Positions 29,866 to 39,947 are shown, counted from the first letter of the stretch. The stretch: 53,607 bases of DNA from Burkholderiales bacterium (GCA_050741015.1 JBOIFE010000024.1:1-53607), one strand, 5' to 3'. Notes: generated by a model not told the origin, from the letters alone. Translations and numbers: made by a program.

Positions 29866-32718
29866 ATGGGAGGCCCGGCAACCCCGATCCGGTTCGTCAC
29901 CCGCCGCGCCGGCGATGCGGCGCTCGCCGCGAGGCTGCGGCGCAGCATCGATGGCGACGTGCTCTTCGATCGGGCTTCGCGCGGACGTTATTCCACCGAC
30001 GCCTCGATCTACCAGGTCGAGCCCATTGGCGTAGTCGTGCCGCGCACCGAGGAAGCGGTGCGCGCGACGCTCGCCATCGCGGCCGAACAGGGCGTGCCGG
30101 TGCTGCCGCGAGGGGCGGGATCTTCGCAATGCGGGCAGACGGTGGGGGCGGCGCTCGTCATCGACGGCTCCAAGTATCTGAACGCGATCGTCGAGCTCGA
30201 CGCGGCTGCGCGCCGGGCCGTCGTGCAGCCAGGACTCGTGCTCGACACGCTGAACGCGAAGCTGCGGCCGCTCGGCCTGTGGTTCCCGGTGGACGTATCC
30301 ACCAGCGCACAGGCGACGCTCGGCGGCATGGCCGGCAACAACTCCTGCGGCTCGCGCTCGATCGCCTACGGCAACATGGTCCACAACGTGCTCTCGATCG
30401 ACGCGCTGACGAGCGACGGCCGCGCGCGGCGCTTCGGCCCGCTGGGCGAGGACGAGCTCGACCAGTGGCTGCGCGTGCTATATCTGCGGGACCAGGACGA
30501 GATCGCGGCGCGCTTTCCGAAGGTGCTGCGGCGCGTCGCGGGCTACAACCTCGATCATCTCGGCCCCCCGTACGAAAACGCCGCGCACCTGCTCGTGGGC
30601 TCGGAAGGCACGCTCGCGTGGTTCGAGCGCTTGCATCTCAGGCTCTCGCCGCTCCCCGCGCATCGCGTCCTCGGCGTTTGCCACTTCCCGAAGTTCCACA
30701 CGGCGATGGCGCTCACGCAGCACATCGTGAAGCTCGGTCCGACGGCGGTCGAGCTCGTGGACCGCACCATGATCGGCCTCGCGCGCGGGAACGCGGCGTT
30801 TCGCGCGACGGTCGACGCGGCCATCCGCGGCGATCCGGATGCCGTGCTGCTCGTCGAATTCTCGGGCGAGGACAAGGCGGCGCTGGAGACGAAGCTCGGG
30901 CAGCTCTCGCAGCTCCTCGCCGACCTCGGGCAGCCGGACAGCGTGGTCGAGGTGACCGATGCCCGGCGCCAGAGGGACATCTGGGAAGTGAGGAAGGCGG
31001 GCCTCAACATCATGATGTCCATGAAGGGCGACGGCAAGCCAGTGTCCTTCATCGAGGATTGCGCCGTGCCGCTCGAGCACTTGGCCGAGTACACCGAGCG
31101 CCTCACGCGTGTGTTCGAGAAGCACGGCACGCGCGGCACCTGGTACGCCCATGCCTCGGTGGGTACGCTGCACGTGCGCCCCATCCTCGACATGCGCACC
31201 GACGGCGCGGCGAAGATGCGCGCGATCGCCGAAGAAGCCTGCGCGATGGTGAAGCAGTACAAGGGCGCCTATTCGGGTGAGCACGGCGACGGGCTGGTGC
31301 GCTCGGAGTGGATCGCGCCGTTCTTCGGGCCGCGCCTCACCGCGACGCTTGGCGAGATCAAGGCGAAGCTCGACCCGAAGGGGCTGATGAACCCCGGCAA
31401 GATCGTGGAACCGTCGAAAATGGACGACGCGCGGCTGTTCCGCTTTCCACCGGGCTACGCGGCGCCGGTCCCGGCGCCGGCGCTGGACTGGAGCGAGTGG
31501 GGTGGCTTCGACAAGGCCGTGGAAATGTGCAACAACAACGGTCATTGCCGCAAGTTCGACGCCGGCACGATGTGCCCGTCGTTTCGCGCGACGGGCGACG
31601 AGGCGCACCTGACGCGCGGGCGCGCGAACACGCTTCGGCTCGCGCTGTCGGGCCAGCTGGGCGAGACGGCGCACGCAGACGTCCGGGCGGCGCTCGACCT
31701 GTGCGTGTCCTGCAAGGGCTGCAAGCGCGAATGTCCGACGGGCGTGGACATGGCGCGCATGAAGATCGAATTCCTCGCCCAGGAACGGCGGCGACGCGCG
31801 CCGAGCCTGCGGGAACGCGCGATCGCGTACCTGCCGCGCTACGCGCCCTGGGCGGCGCGCATGGCGCCGCTTGCCAACGCGGCCTCGCGCGTCCTGCGCA
31901 CGCCGCTCGGGTTCACGCTGCGGCGCGAGCTGCCGCCGTGGAAATCGAACTATTTTGTCGATCGCGTCTGGCCCAAGCGCGGCGAGCGAGAAGTGGTGCT
32001 GCTCGTGGACACGTTCAACCGCTACTTCGAGCCCGAGAACGCGCGCGCCGCGGTGCGCGTGCTCGAAGCGGCGAACTACCGCGTGCACGTCGCGCAGCCG
32101 GAGTTCGGCGAGCGGCCCTTGTGCTGCGGACGGACCTTCCTCGCGGCCGGCCTGGTCGAGGAGGCACGGCACGAGGCGCGCCGGACGCTGAAGGCGCTGC
32201 GGCCCTGGATCGAGTACGGCGTGACGGTGATCGGGCTGGAACCGTCGTGCCTTTACACGCTACGCGACGAATACGCCGTGCTCCTGCCGAGTACGGAGAC
32301 CGCGGGCGTGGATGCGCTGGCGTTCGAGGAGTTCCTCGCCCGTGAATCCGACGCCGGCCGCGTGAAGTTGCCCCTCAAGACGCTCGGACAGACGGCGTTG
32401 CTGCACGGGCACTGCCACCAGAAAGCCTTCGACGCGATGGGCGCGGTGGAGAAGGTCCTCAAGCTCGTGCCTGGACTGAAGGTCGCGACGGTCGAATCGA
32501 GCTGTTGCGGCATGGCGGGGAGCTTCGGCTACGAGGCCGAGCACTACGAGGTCTCGATGAAGATGGGCGAGCTCTCGTTATTGCCCTCGGTACGCGCGGC
32601 GGCGCCAGACACACTGGTGGTCGCCGATGGCACGAGCTGCCGCCACCAGATCGCGGATGGCACCGGCCGGCGCGCGATGCACGTGGCCCGCGTGCTGGCC
32701 GAGGCGCTGGCGGACTGA
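29866..32718 (+). CDS. FAD-binding and (Fe-S)-binding oxidoreductase (YdiJ / GlcD-GlcF fusion-like)
   Basis: ATG 29866. FAD PCMH domain (PRGAGSSQCGQ), ferredoxin-type CVSCKGCKRECP, and C-terminal cysteine-rich CCG-type region (CCG..., HGHCHQKA). Confidence 0.88.
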   Translation: MGGPATPIRFVTRRAGDAALAARLRRSIDGDVLFDRASRGRYSTDASIYQVEPIGVVVPRTEEAVRATLAIAAEQGVPVLPRGAGSSQCGQTVGAALVIDGSKYLNAIVELDAAARRAVVQPGLVLDTLNAKLRPLGLWFPVDVSTSAQATLGGMAGNNSCGSRSIAYGNMVHNVLSIDALTSDGRARRFGPLGEDELDQWLRVLYLRDQDEIAARFPKVLRRVAGYNLDHLGPPYENAAHLLVGSEGTLAWFERLHLRLSPLPAHRVLGVCHFPKFHTAMALTQHIVKLGPTAVELVDRTMIGLARGNAAFRATVDAAIRGDPDAVLLVEFSGEDKAALETKLGQLSQLLADLGQPDSVVEVTDARRQRDIWEVRKAGLNIMMSMKGDGKPVSFIEDCAVPLEHLAEYTERLTRVFEKHGTRGTWYAHASVGTLHVRPILDMRTDGAAKMRAIAEEACAMVKQYKGAYSGEHGDGLVRSEWIAPFFGPRLTATLGEIKAKLDPKGLMNPGKIVEPSKMDDARLFRFPPGYAAPVPAPALDWSEWGGFDKAVEMCNNNGHCRKFDAGTMCPSFRATGDEAHLTRGRANTLRLALSGQLGETAHADVRAALDLCVSCKGCKRECPTGVDMARMKIEFLAQERRRRAPSLRERAIAYLPRYAPWAARMAPLANAASRVLRTPLGFTLRRELPPWKSNYFVDRVWPKRGEREVVLLVDTFNRYFEPENARAAVRVLEAANYRVHVAQPEFGERPLCCGRTFLAAGLVEEARHEARRTLKALRPWIEYGVTVIGLEPSCLYTLRDEYAVLLPSTETAGVDALAFEEFLARESDAGRVKLPLKTLGQTALLHGHCHQKAFDAMGAVEKVLKLVPGLKVATVESSCCGMAGSFGYEAEHYEVSMKMGELSLLPSVRAAAPDTLVVADGTSCRHQIADGTGRRAMHVARVLAEALAD

Positions 32719-32719
32719 G

Positions 32720-33178
32720 TTAACGAGACCGCGCTTGCTCGAGCGCGGCGCCGAACTTGTCCACCGAGAGGTAGCCCACCGTCCGCAGGACGGGATTGCC
32801 CTTCTCGTCGAGGAAAATGATCGTCGGGGTCGCGCGCACGTCGAGCGCGCGTGCGAGGGCCTTTTCGGGCAGGCGCCGTCCGTCGAACCACTGCACTTCG
32901 CGATCGCCGAAGATGTCGAGCGCGACGGCGACGAAACTCTTCCGGGTCCGGGTGATGAGCGCCGGGTCGGCGAACGTGGTCTGCGTCATCTGGCGGCAGT
33001 AGGGGCAGCCGTCCTGCCAGAAGTAGAGCATCAGGCGCTTGCCGTCCTGCGCGGCTTCGTTCGCGTCCTGCGGGAATTCGAGGAACGATTCGGCGAACCA
33101 GGCCGGGACTTCGTTCGACTGCGCCTGCGCGCCCAGCGCGGCGCCGGCAAGCGCGAGTGCGGCGAGGATTCGCGTCAT
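32720..33178 (-). CDS. periplasmic thioredoxin-fold protein (CPYC active site)
   Basis: Signal peptide [19 protein letters not shown] and the motif [12 protein letters not shown] 33178 overlaps the lgt stop. Confidence 0.8.
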   Translation of the reverse strand: MTRILAALALAGAALGAQAQSNEVPAWFAESFLEFPQDANEAAQDGKRLMLYFWQDGCPYCRQMTQTTFADPALITRTRKSFVAVALDIFGDREVQWFDGRRLPEKALARALDVRATPTIIFLDEKGNPVLRTVGYLSVDKFGAALEQARSR

Positions 33179-33951
33179 TGCTGCTTGCGGCTCCAGGCGT
33201 AAAGCGCGACGCCCGCCGCGATCATCGGCAGGCTCAGCCATTGCCCCATCGACAGGCCGAGCGCGAGCAGCCCGAGGAAATTGTCGGGCTCACGCGCGAA
33301 TTCGACGATGAAGCGGAACGCGCCGTAGCCCATCAGGAAGACCGCCGACACGGCGCCGCGCGGCCGCGGACGCGATCCATACCACCAGAGCAGCGCGAAG
33401 AGCACGATCCCTTCCAGCGCGAACTCGTAGAGCTGCGAGGGATGGCGCGGCAGCTTGCCCGCGCCCTGGAACACCATGCCCCAGGGCAGGTCGGTCGGAC
33501 GGCCCCAGAGCTCGCCGTTGATGAAGTTGCCCAGGCGCCCCGCCGCGAGTCCGGTGGGCACGCAGGGCGCAACGAAGTCCATCAGGCGCCACCAGTCCAC
33601 GCGATGACGCCAGGCGTAGATTGCCGCCGCCGTCAGCACGCCGAGGAAGCCGCCGTGAAACGACATGCCACCGTGCCACACGGCGAAGATCTCGAATGGG
33701 TGGGCGGCGTAGAAGGCGGGCTTGTAGAACAGCACGTAGCCCAGCCGCCCGCCGAGGATGGTGCCGAGCACGCCGTAGAAGATCAAGTCGTCAAACTGCT
33801 CGCGCGTGACGGGCGCGAGCCCGCGCGCGATGCGGATGCGTCCCAGCCACAACAGGAAGCCAAAGGCGACCAGGTACATCAGGCCGTACCAGCGCACGGC
33901 GAGCGGACCGATCCGGAGGGCGATCGGGTCGAACTGTGGATGGACGAGCAC
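33175..33951 (-). CDS. lgt: prolipoprotein diacylglyceryl transferase
   Basis: Motifs [12 protein letters not shown] and [19 protein letters not shown] start. Confidence 0.95.
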   Translation of the reverse strand: MLVHPQFDPIALRIGPLAVRWYGLMYLVAFGFLLWLGRIRIARGLAPVTREQFDDLIFYGVLGTILGGRLGYVLFYKPAFYAAHPFEIFAVWHGGMSFHGGFLGVLTAAAIYAWRHRVDWWRLMDFVAPCVPTGLAAGRLGNFINGELWGRPTDLPWGMVFQGAGKLPRHPSQLYEFALEGIVLFALLWWYGSRPRPRGAVSAVFLMGYGAFRFIVEFAREPDNFLGLLALGLSMGQWLSLPMIAAGVALYAWSRKQQ

Positions 33952-33953
33952 GG

Positions 33954-33969
33954 TAGAATTTGAATTCTA
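33954..33969. promoter_or_regulatory. 16-bp AT-rich palindrome TAGAATT-TG-AATTCTA in the lgt/ilvD divergent spacer
   Basis: Read directly: 7-bp arms with a 2-bp centre. It presents TAGAAT on both strands. Confidence 0.5.
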
Positions 33970-33988
33970 CGTCGAGAGGACTCGTGCC

Positions 33989-35668
33989 ATGGCCTACAAC
34001 CGCCGCTCGCGCCTGATCACGGCAGGCGTCGCGCGCTCGCCCAACCGGGCGATGCTGCGCGCCGTCGGCTTCGGAGACGGCGACTTCGACAAGCCGATCG
34101 TCGGCGTGGCCAACGGCCACTCGACCATGAATCCGTGCAATGCCGGCATCCAGCCGCTCGTGGACAGCGCGATGGCGGCGCTGGAAGCCGCCGGCGCGAA
34201 GCCGCAGGTGTTCGGTGTGCCGACCGTCACCGACGGCATCGGCATGGGCACCGAGGCGATGAAGTATTCGCTCGTGTCGCGCGAAGTGATCGCCGACGCG
34301 ATCGAGACTTCGGTCAACGGCCAGGCGATGGACGGCGCGCTCGTCGTCGGCGGCTGCGACAAGAACATGCCCGGCGGCATGATGGCGCTCGCACGCATGA
34401 ACGTGCCGGGCATCTACGTCTACGCGGGCACCATCAAGCCCGGCAAGTGGAAGGGGCAGGACCTCACGATCGTATCGGCGTTCGAGGCGGTCGGCGCCTT
34501 TGCCGCGGGCAGGATGAGCCAGGACGACTTCATCGGCATCGAGAAGAACGCCTGTCCTTCCGTCGGCGCCTGCGGCGGCATGTACACCGCGAACACGATG
34601 AGCTCGTCGTTCGAGGCGCTCGGCATGAGCCTGCTCGGCTCCTCGCAGATGGCCTCGCCCGACGCGGAGAAGGCCGATAGCGCCGCCGAGTCCGCGCGCG
34701 CGGTGGTCGAAGCGGTGAAGCAGAACCTCAGGCCGCGGGACATCATCACGCGCAAGTCGATCGAGAACGCGATTGCGCTCGTGATGGCCACGGGCGGCTC
34801 GACCAACGCAGTGCTGCACTACCTCGCCATCGCGTCCGCCGCGGGCGTGAAATGGACGCTCGACGACTTCGAACGCGTGCGACGCAAGGTGCCGGTGCTG
34901 TGCGACCTCAAGCCCTCGGGCCGCTACGTCGCGGTGGACTTCCACCGCGCGGGCGGGGTGCCCCAGGTGCTGAAGATCCTGCTCGAGAACGGCGTGCTGC
35001 ACGGCGAATGCATGACGATCCACGGCAAGACGATGGCCGAGATGCTGAAGGACGTGCCCGCGCAGCCGAGGCGCGACCAGGACGTGATCCGCGCTTGGTC
35101 GAATCCGGTGTACAAGCAGGGCCACCTCGCGATCCTGCGCGGCAACCTCTCCCCCGAGGGCTGCGTGGCCAAGATCACGGTGAAGAACCCGGTGATCACC
35201 GGGCCGGCGCGCGTGTTCGACTCGGAGCCCGCGTGCATGAAGGCCATCCTCGCCAAGCGCATCAAGCCGGGCGACGTGATCGTGATCCGCTACGAAGGAC
35301 CGAAGGGCGGGCCGGGCATGCAGGAAATGCTCGCGCCGACCTCCGCGCTGATCGGCCAGGGCCTGGGCGAATCGGTCGGCCTGCTCACCGACGGGCGTTT
35401 CTCGGGAGGTACCTGGGGCATGGTGGTCGGGCACGTGGCGCCGGAAGCCTACGTCGGCGGCACGATCGCGCTGGTGGAAGAGGGCGACTCGATCACCATC
35501 GACGCGAAGAAGCGCCTGATCCAGCTCAACGTCCCGGTAAGGGAGCTCGCCGCACGCCGGCGGAAGTGGAAGCAGCCCAAGCCGCGCTATACGAAGGGCC
35601 TGATGTCCAAGTACATGCGCCTGGTGTCGACCGCCTCGAAGGGCGCGATCACGGATTCAGAATCCTGA
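33989..35668 (+). CDS. ilvD: dihydroxy-acid dehydratase
   Basis: ATG 33989 ([22 protein letters not shown]). Fe-S ligand regions GGCDKNMPG and [16 protein letters not shown]. Confidence 0.97.
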   Translation: MAYNRRSRLITAGVARSPNRAMLRAVGFGDGDFDKPIVGVANGHSTMNPCNAGIQPLVDSAMAALEAAGAKPQVFGVPTVTDGIGMGTEAMKYSLVSREVIADAIETSVNGQAMDGALVVGGCDKNMPGGMMALARMNVPGIYVYAGTIKPGKWKGQDLTIVSAFEAVGAFAAGRMSQDDFIGIEKNACPSVGACGGMYTANTMSSSFEALGMSLLGSSQMASPDAEKADSAAESARAVVEAVKQNLRPRDIITRKSIENAIALVMATGGSTNAVLHYLAIASAAGVKWTLDDFERVRRKVPVLCDLKPSGRYVAVDFHRAGGVPQVLKILLENGVLHGECMTIHGKTMAEMLKDVPAQPRRDQDVIRAWSNPVYKQGHLAILRGNLSPEGCVAKITVKNPVITGPARVFDSEPACMKAILAKRIKPGDVIVIRYEGPKGGPGMQEMLAPTSALIGQGLGESVGLLTDGRFSGGTWGMVVGHVAPEAYVGGTIALVEEGDSITIDAKKRLIQLNVPVRELAARRRKWKQPKPRYTKGLMSKYMRLVSTASKGAITDSES

Positions 35669-36205
35669 CCCCGGCAGCTTGAGAAATTCGATCTCGGCCG
35701 GCGTACTTTGCCGGCCGAGAATGTCGTTCCGGTGCGGGAACCGGCCAAAGCGCTCGATGAGCTCGCGATGACGCTCCGCGTAGCGGTACTGTTCCGGGTC
35801 GAATCCCTTCATCAGACGGCATGAGAGATCTTGGTCGGCAGGCGACTCGCTATGCTCAAACGGCAGGTAGGCGAAGAGCTGCTCCGGCTGTGCCATCTGC
35901 TGGTCCCAGCCGCGCTGCAGGATGATCCTGGCCGTCGCCCGCGCCTGCGCATCTGTGGCAAAGGCGCGCGCCTCGCCCCTGAACATGTTGCGCGGAAACT
36001 GGTCCAGGGCGATCGCGAGCGCCAGGGCGCCGCGCGGCGCTTCCGACCAGCTGACGAGCTGGCCCGCGGCGGCGGCCTCGTGCACGGCCAGGAAGTGAGA
36101 CCGGATCTCGGCGTCGAACGCCGGGTTCTTCACGAACCAGTCCTTGGCGTGGTCGTCGAACCAGAAGCGCAGCAGCGCCTCGGGGTTGGTCTCCGGTGTC
36201 GCCAT
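35657..36205 (-). CDS. DUF924 family protein
   Basis: ATG 36205. Motifs LLRFWF..., [11 protein letters not shown] and PFEHSE. Confidence 0.8.
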   Translation of the reverse strand: MATPETNPEALLRFWFDDHAKDWFVKNPAFDAEIRSHFLAVHEAAAAGQLVSWSEAPRGALALAIALDQFPRNMFRGEARAFATDAQARATARIILQRGWDQQMAQPEQLFAYLPFEHSESPADQDLSCRLMKGFDPEQYRYAERHRELIERFGRFPHRNDILGRQSTPAEIEFLKLPGSGF

Positions 36206-36306
36206 TGGCCGGCATTGTAGGGGTACGGGTACGGGCCGGCGCGCCCTCCCTTCGCAAGGCGACGGCGTTGCGGTAGCATGGCGGCCCGATTTCCAAGGTG
36301 GGCCCG

Positions 36307-36618
36307 ATGAAATTCGTTGCACTGTCCGCCGCCGCGCTGGCGCTCGCCGCCGCGGCGCCGGCTCAGTCGAGCGAGGCGCTCGCGAAGCAGTACGGGTGCC
36401 TCGTCTGTCACGTCGTCAAGGGCTCGAAGACCGTCGGCCCTGCCTACGCGGATGTGGCAAAAAAATACGCGGGCCAGAAGGGCATCGAAGCAAAGCTGGT
36501 CCAGAAGGTCAAGCAGGGCGGCACGGGCGTGTGGGGCCAGATGCCGATGCCGCCGAATCCGTCCGTGCCGGATGCCGATCTGCACATGCTGGTTAAGTGG
36601 ATTTTATCGATCAAGTAG
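36307..36618 (+). CDS. cytochrome c551/c552
   Basis: Signal peptide, haem site CLVCH, then VGPAY.DVAKKYAG and GVWGQMPMPPN. Close to Pseudomonas c551 along its whole length. Confidence 0.93.
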   Translation: MKFVALSAAALALAAAAPAQSSEALAKQYGCLVCHVVKGSKTVGPAYADVAKKYAGQKGIEAKLVQKVKQGGTGVWGQMPMPPNPSVPDADLHMLVKWILSIK

Positions 36619-36634
36619 TTTCCCGGGAGAACAC

Positions 36635-37807
36635 ATGAGAAAGACCAAATTCGTACTGGCGTTGTTCGCCGCCGCCGCGTTGGCGGGTTGCGGCAAGGAA
36701 GATTCCTCTGAAATCAAGATCGGCCACGCGGGCCCGCTGACGGGCGGCATTGCGCACCTCGGCAAGGACAACGAGAACGGCGCGCGCCTCGCGATCGAGC
36801 AGGCGAACGAGGCGAAGATCAAGATCGGCGGCAAGGAAGTGAAGTTCGTGCTCGTCGCCGAGGACGACCAGGCCGACCCGAAGGTCGGCACCACGGTCGC
36901 GCAGAAGTTCGTCGACGCCAAGGTCGCGGGCGTGGTCGGGCACCTGAACTCGGGCGTCACGATTCCCGCCTCGGCGATATACCACCAGGCGGGCATCCCG
37001 ATGATCACGGGATCGGCCACCAACCCCAAGCTCACCGAGCAGGGCTTCAACAACGTGTTCCGCGTGGTGGGTCGCGACGACCAGCAGGGCCCGGCGATCG
37101 CGAGCTATCTCGCCAGCGTGAATAAGCCGAAGGTCGTCGCGGTGATCGACGACGCCACGGCCTACGGCGAGGGCATCGCGAACGAGGTCGAGAAGACTCT
37201 GAAGGCGGCCGGCGTGACGGTGCTGCCGCGCGAGAAGGGCACCGACAAGACCACCGACTGGATGGCGGTGCTCACCAAGATCAAGGGCAGCAACCCCGAC
37301 GCCATCTTCTACGGCGGCATGGACGCGACCGGCGGGCCGCTGATCAAGCAGGGGCGCGAGCTCGGCATCAAGGCGCTGTTCACCTTCGGCGACGGTGCCT
37401 GCACCGACAAGATGAAGGAGCTGGCGGGCGACGCGGCCGAAGGAATGCTGTGCTCGCAGGCGGGCATCCCGCCGCAAGCAGCCTCGAAAGCCTTCACCGA
37501 CGCGTACAAGAAACGCTTCAACGCGGATCCGATCCTGTACGCGCCATTCACGTACGACGCGGCGAACCTGCTGATCACGGCGATGCAGAACGCCGGCTCG
37601 GCTGACCCCGCCAAGTACCTGCCCGAGCTCGCCAAGATCCAGTACAAGGGCGCGACGGGCCCGATCTCCTTCGATTCGAAGGGCGATCGCAAGGACGCGG
37701 AAATCACGATCTTTACGATGAAGGGCGGCAAGATCGAGCCGATCGCCGTCGTGAAGAGCGGCAAGACCCTGTCCTACGAGGAGTTCCTGAAGTCGATGGG
37801 CGGCTAG
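36635..37807 (+). CDS. branched-chain amino acid ABC transporter substrate-binding lipoprotein (Leu/Ile/Val-binding family)
   Basis: Lipobox LAGC with the preceding signal peptide. Type I periplasmic binding fold motifs (IKIGHAGPLTG, VGHLNSG). Confidence 0.9.
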   Translation: MRKTKFVLALFAAAALAGCGKEDSSEIKIGHAGPLTGGIAHLGKDNENGARLAIEQANEAKIKIGGKEVKFVLVAEDDQADPKVGTTVAQKFVDAKVAGVVGHLNSGVTIPASAIYHQAGIPMITGSATNPKLTEQGFNNVFRVVGRDDQQGPAIASYLASVNKPKVVAVIDDATAYGEGIANEVEKTLKAAGVTVLPREKGTDKTTDWMAVLTKIKGSNPDAIFYGGMDATGGPLIKQGRELGIKALFTFGDGACTDKMKELAGDAAEGMLCSQAGIPPQAASKAFTDAYKKRFNADPILYAPFTYDAANLLITAMQNAGSADPAKYLPELAKIQYKGATGPISFDSKGDRKDAEITIFTMKGGKIEPIAVVKSGKTLSYEEFLKSMGG

Positions 37808-37825
37808 CGCCTCGGCGCCCCGGCG

Positions 37826-37856
37826 AAAACGGCACCTGCGGGTGCCGTTTTCGTTT
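37826..37856 (+). terminator. intrinsic terminator/attenuator between the SBP gene and livH
   Basis: Perfect 11-bp stem AAAACGGCACC / GGTGCCGTTTT with a TGCG loop, followed by CGTTT. Confidence 0.75.
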
Positions 37857-37874
37857 CTGCTAGTCTTTCCGGCG

Positions 37875-38861
37875 ATGGACATCTTCCTGCAGCAGGTCGT
37901 CAACGGCCTGACGCTGGGCAGCGTGTACGCCGTGGTCGCGCTCGGCTACACCATGGTGTACGGCATCATCCAGCTCATCAACTTCGCGCACGGCGAGGTG
38001 GTGATGATCGGCGCGATGGTCGCGTTCTCCGTGATCACGGCGCTTGCCGGCACGGGACTGCCGCCGCTGGTCATCGTGCTGGCGGGCACCGCCTGCGCCG
38101 TTCCGGTGTGCATGGGGGTCGGCTACGCGATGGAGCGGCTCGCCTACCGGCCGCTGCGGCGCGCGCCGCGCCTCGCGCCGCTGATCACCGCGATCGGGGT
38201 CTCGATCATCCTGCAGCACCTCGCGCTGCTGGTGTGGAGCCGCAACGTAATTGCCTTTCCGCAGATCATCCGCATCAAGACCTACGTCGTCGCCGGGGCG
38301 GTGATCACCAACGTGCAGATCGCGATCGTCGCGCTGTGCATCGCCGTCATGGCGGCGCTCGCGTTTCTCGTGTACCGCACGCGGCTTGGCACGGCGATGC
38401 GCGCGACCGCGCAGAATGCGCAGGTGGCGGGACTGATGGGCATCGACGCGAACCGGGTGATCGCCTTGACCTTCGCGATCGGCGCCGCGCTCGCCGCGGT
38501 CGCCGGCGTGATGGTCGGCACCTACTATGGCATCGCGCAGTACACGATGGGATCGATCCTAGGCATGAAGGCGTTCTCGGCGGCTGTGCTCGGCGGCATC
38601 GGCAACATTCCGGGCGCGATGCTGGGCGGCGTGCTGCTGGGCGTGGTCGAGGCGCTCGGCGCGGGCTACATCGGCAACCTCACGGACCTGTGCAGCTACG
38701 GCTGGATCGCCAGCCTGATGCCGCAGCGCTGCGCGGGCGGCGGCCACTTCATCCTGTTCGGCTCGAACTACCAGGACGTGTTCGCTTTCGTCGTGCTGAT
38801 CCTCGTGCTCGTCATCCGGCCTTCGGGGCTGCTCGGCGAGCGCGTCGGAGACCGCGCGTAG
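37875..38861 (+). CDS. livH: branched-chain amino acid ABC transporter permease
   Basis: MDIFLQQVVNGLTLGSVYAVVALGYTMVYG is typical of LivH. There is an extra loop segment near the C-terminus (see findings). Confidence 0.93.
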   Translation: MDIFLQQVVNGLTLGSVYAVVALGYTMVYGIIQLINFAHGEVVMIGAMVAFSVITALAGTGLPPLVIVLAGTACAVPVCMGVGYAMERLAYRPLRRAPRLAPLITAIGVSIILQHLALLVWSRNVIAFPQIIRIKTYVVAGAVITNVQIAIVALCIAVMAALAFLVYRTRLGTAMRATAQNAQVAGLMGIDANRVIALTFAIGAALAAVAGVMVGTYYGIAQYTMGSILGMKAFSAAVLGGIGNIPGAMLGGVLLGVVEALGAGYIGNLTDLCSYGWIASLMPQRCAGGGHFILFGSNYQDVFAFVVLILVLVIRPSGLLGERVGDRA

Positions 38862-38864
38862 CCG

Positions 38865-39947
38865 ATGCGGCTCGTCAACTGGCTCCGGGCCCATCCGCGG
38901 CGCGTGCCGATCGGCATCGCGATCGTCGCGCTGGTGCTGCTCGCGCTGCCGTTCGCGCTCACGCTGGTCGGCACTTCCTGGGTGCGCATCACGAATTACG
39001 CGATCCTGTACGCCCTGCTCGCGCTCGGCCTGAATATCGTCGTCGGCTTCGCCGGGCTGCTCGACCTGGGCTACATCGCGTTCTACGGGGTGGGCGCCTA
39101 TACCTACGCGCTGCTCGCGAGCCCGCAGTTCGGGCTGCACCTTCCGTTCTGGGCGATCCTGCCCGTCGGCGCCATGGTGGCGGCATTCTTCGGCGTGCTG
39201 CTGGGCGCGCCCACGCTCAAGCTCCGCGGCGACTACCTGGCCATCGTGACGCTCGGTTTCGGTGAAATCGTGCGTATCTTTCTGAATAACCTGTCGCGCC
39301 CGATCAACATCACCAACGGCCCGCAGGGCATCGCCGGGATCGATCCGTTCCGGCTCGGGGGCCTGGATTTCTCCACCAACCAGGCGCTGTTCGGCCTGCC
39401 GTTCACCGGGCCGGTGAAGTACTACTTCTTCCTGCTGCTGGTGCTGATAACGATCCTCGCGCTCAACACGCGGCTGCAGAATTCGCGCATCGGCCGCGCC
39501 TGGGAGGCGGTGCGCGAGGACGAGATTGCGGCGCGCGCGATGGGCATCAATACCACGCGCATGAAGCTGCTCGCGTTCGCCATGGGCGCGTCCTTCGGCG
39601 GCGTCGCGGGCGGCATGTTCTCGGCGATCCAGGAATTCATTTCGCCCGAAAGCTTCATCCTGGTGGAGTCGATCCTGGTCGTGTCGATGGTGGTGCTGGG
39701 TGGCATGGGCAACATCTGGGGCGTGGTGCTCGGCGCGATGCTGCTGTCGTTCGTCCCCGAGATCCTGCGCTGGACCGTCGCGCCGCTGCAGCAGGCGCTG
39801 TTCGGCCGGATGTTGATCGAGCCCGAGATCATCCGCATGCTGATCCTCGGCTTCGCGATGGTCCTCATCATGTTGTACCGGCCCGCGGGGCTGCTGCCCT
39901 CGGCGGTGCGCCGGCGCGAACTCGCCCGTGACGACGACGCTGCTTGA
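38865..39947 (+). CDS. livM: branched-chain amino acid ABC transporter permease
   Basis: Polytopic protein with GLLDLGYIAFYGVGAY and the LivM-type core. Confidence 0.92.
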   Translation: MRLVNWLRAHPRRVPIGIAIVALVLLALPFALTLVGTSWVRITNYAILYALLALGLNIVVGFAGLLDLGYIAFYGVGAYTYALLASPQFGLHLPFWAILPVGAMVAAFFGVLLGAPTLKLRGDYLAIVTLGFGEIVRIFLNNLSRPINITNGPQGIAGIDPFRLGGLDFSTNQALFGLPFTGPVKYYFFLLLVLITILALNTRLQNSRIGRAWEAVREDEIAARAMGINTTRMKLLAFAMGASFGGVAGGMFSAIQEFISPESFILVESILVVSMVVLGGMGNIWGVVLGAMLLSFVPEILRWTVAPLQQALFGRMLIEPEIIRMLILGFAMVLIMLYRPAGLLPSAVRRRELARDDDAA

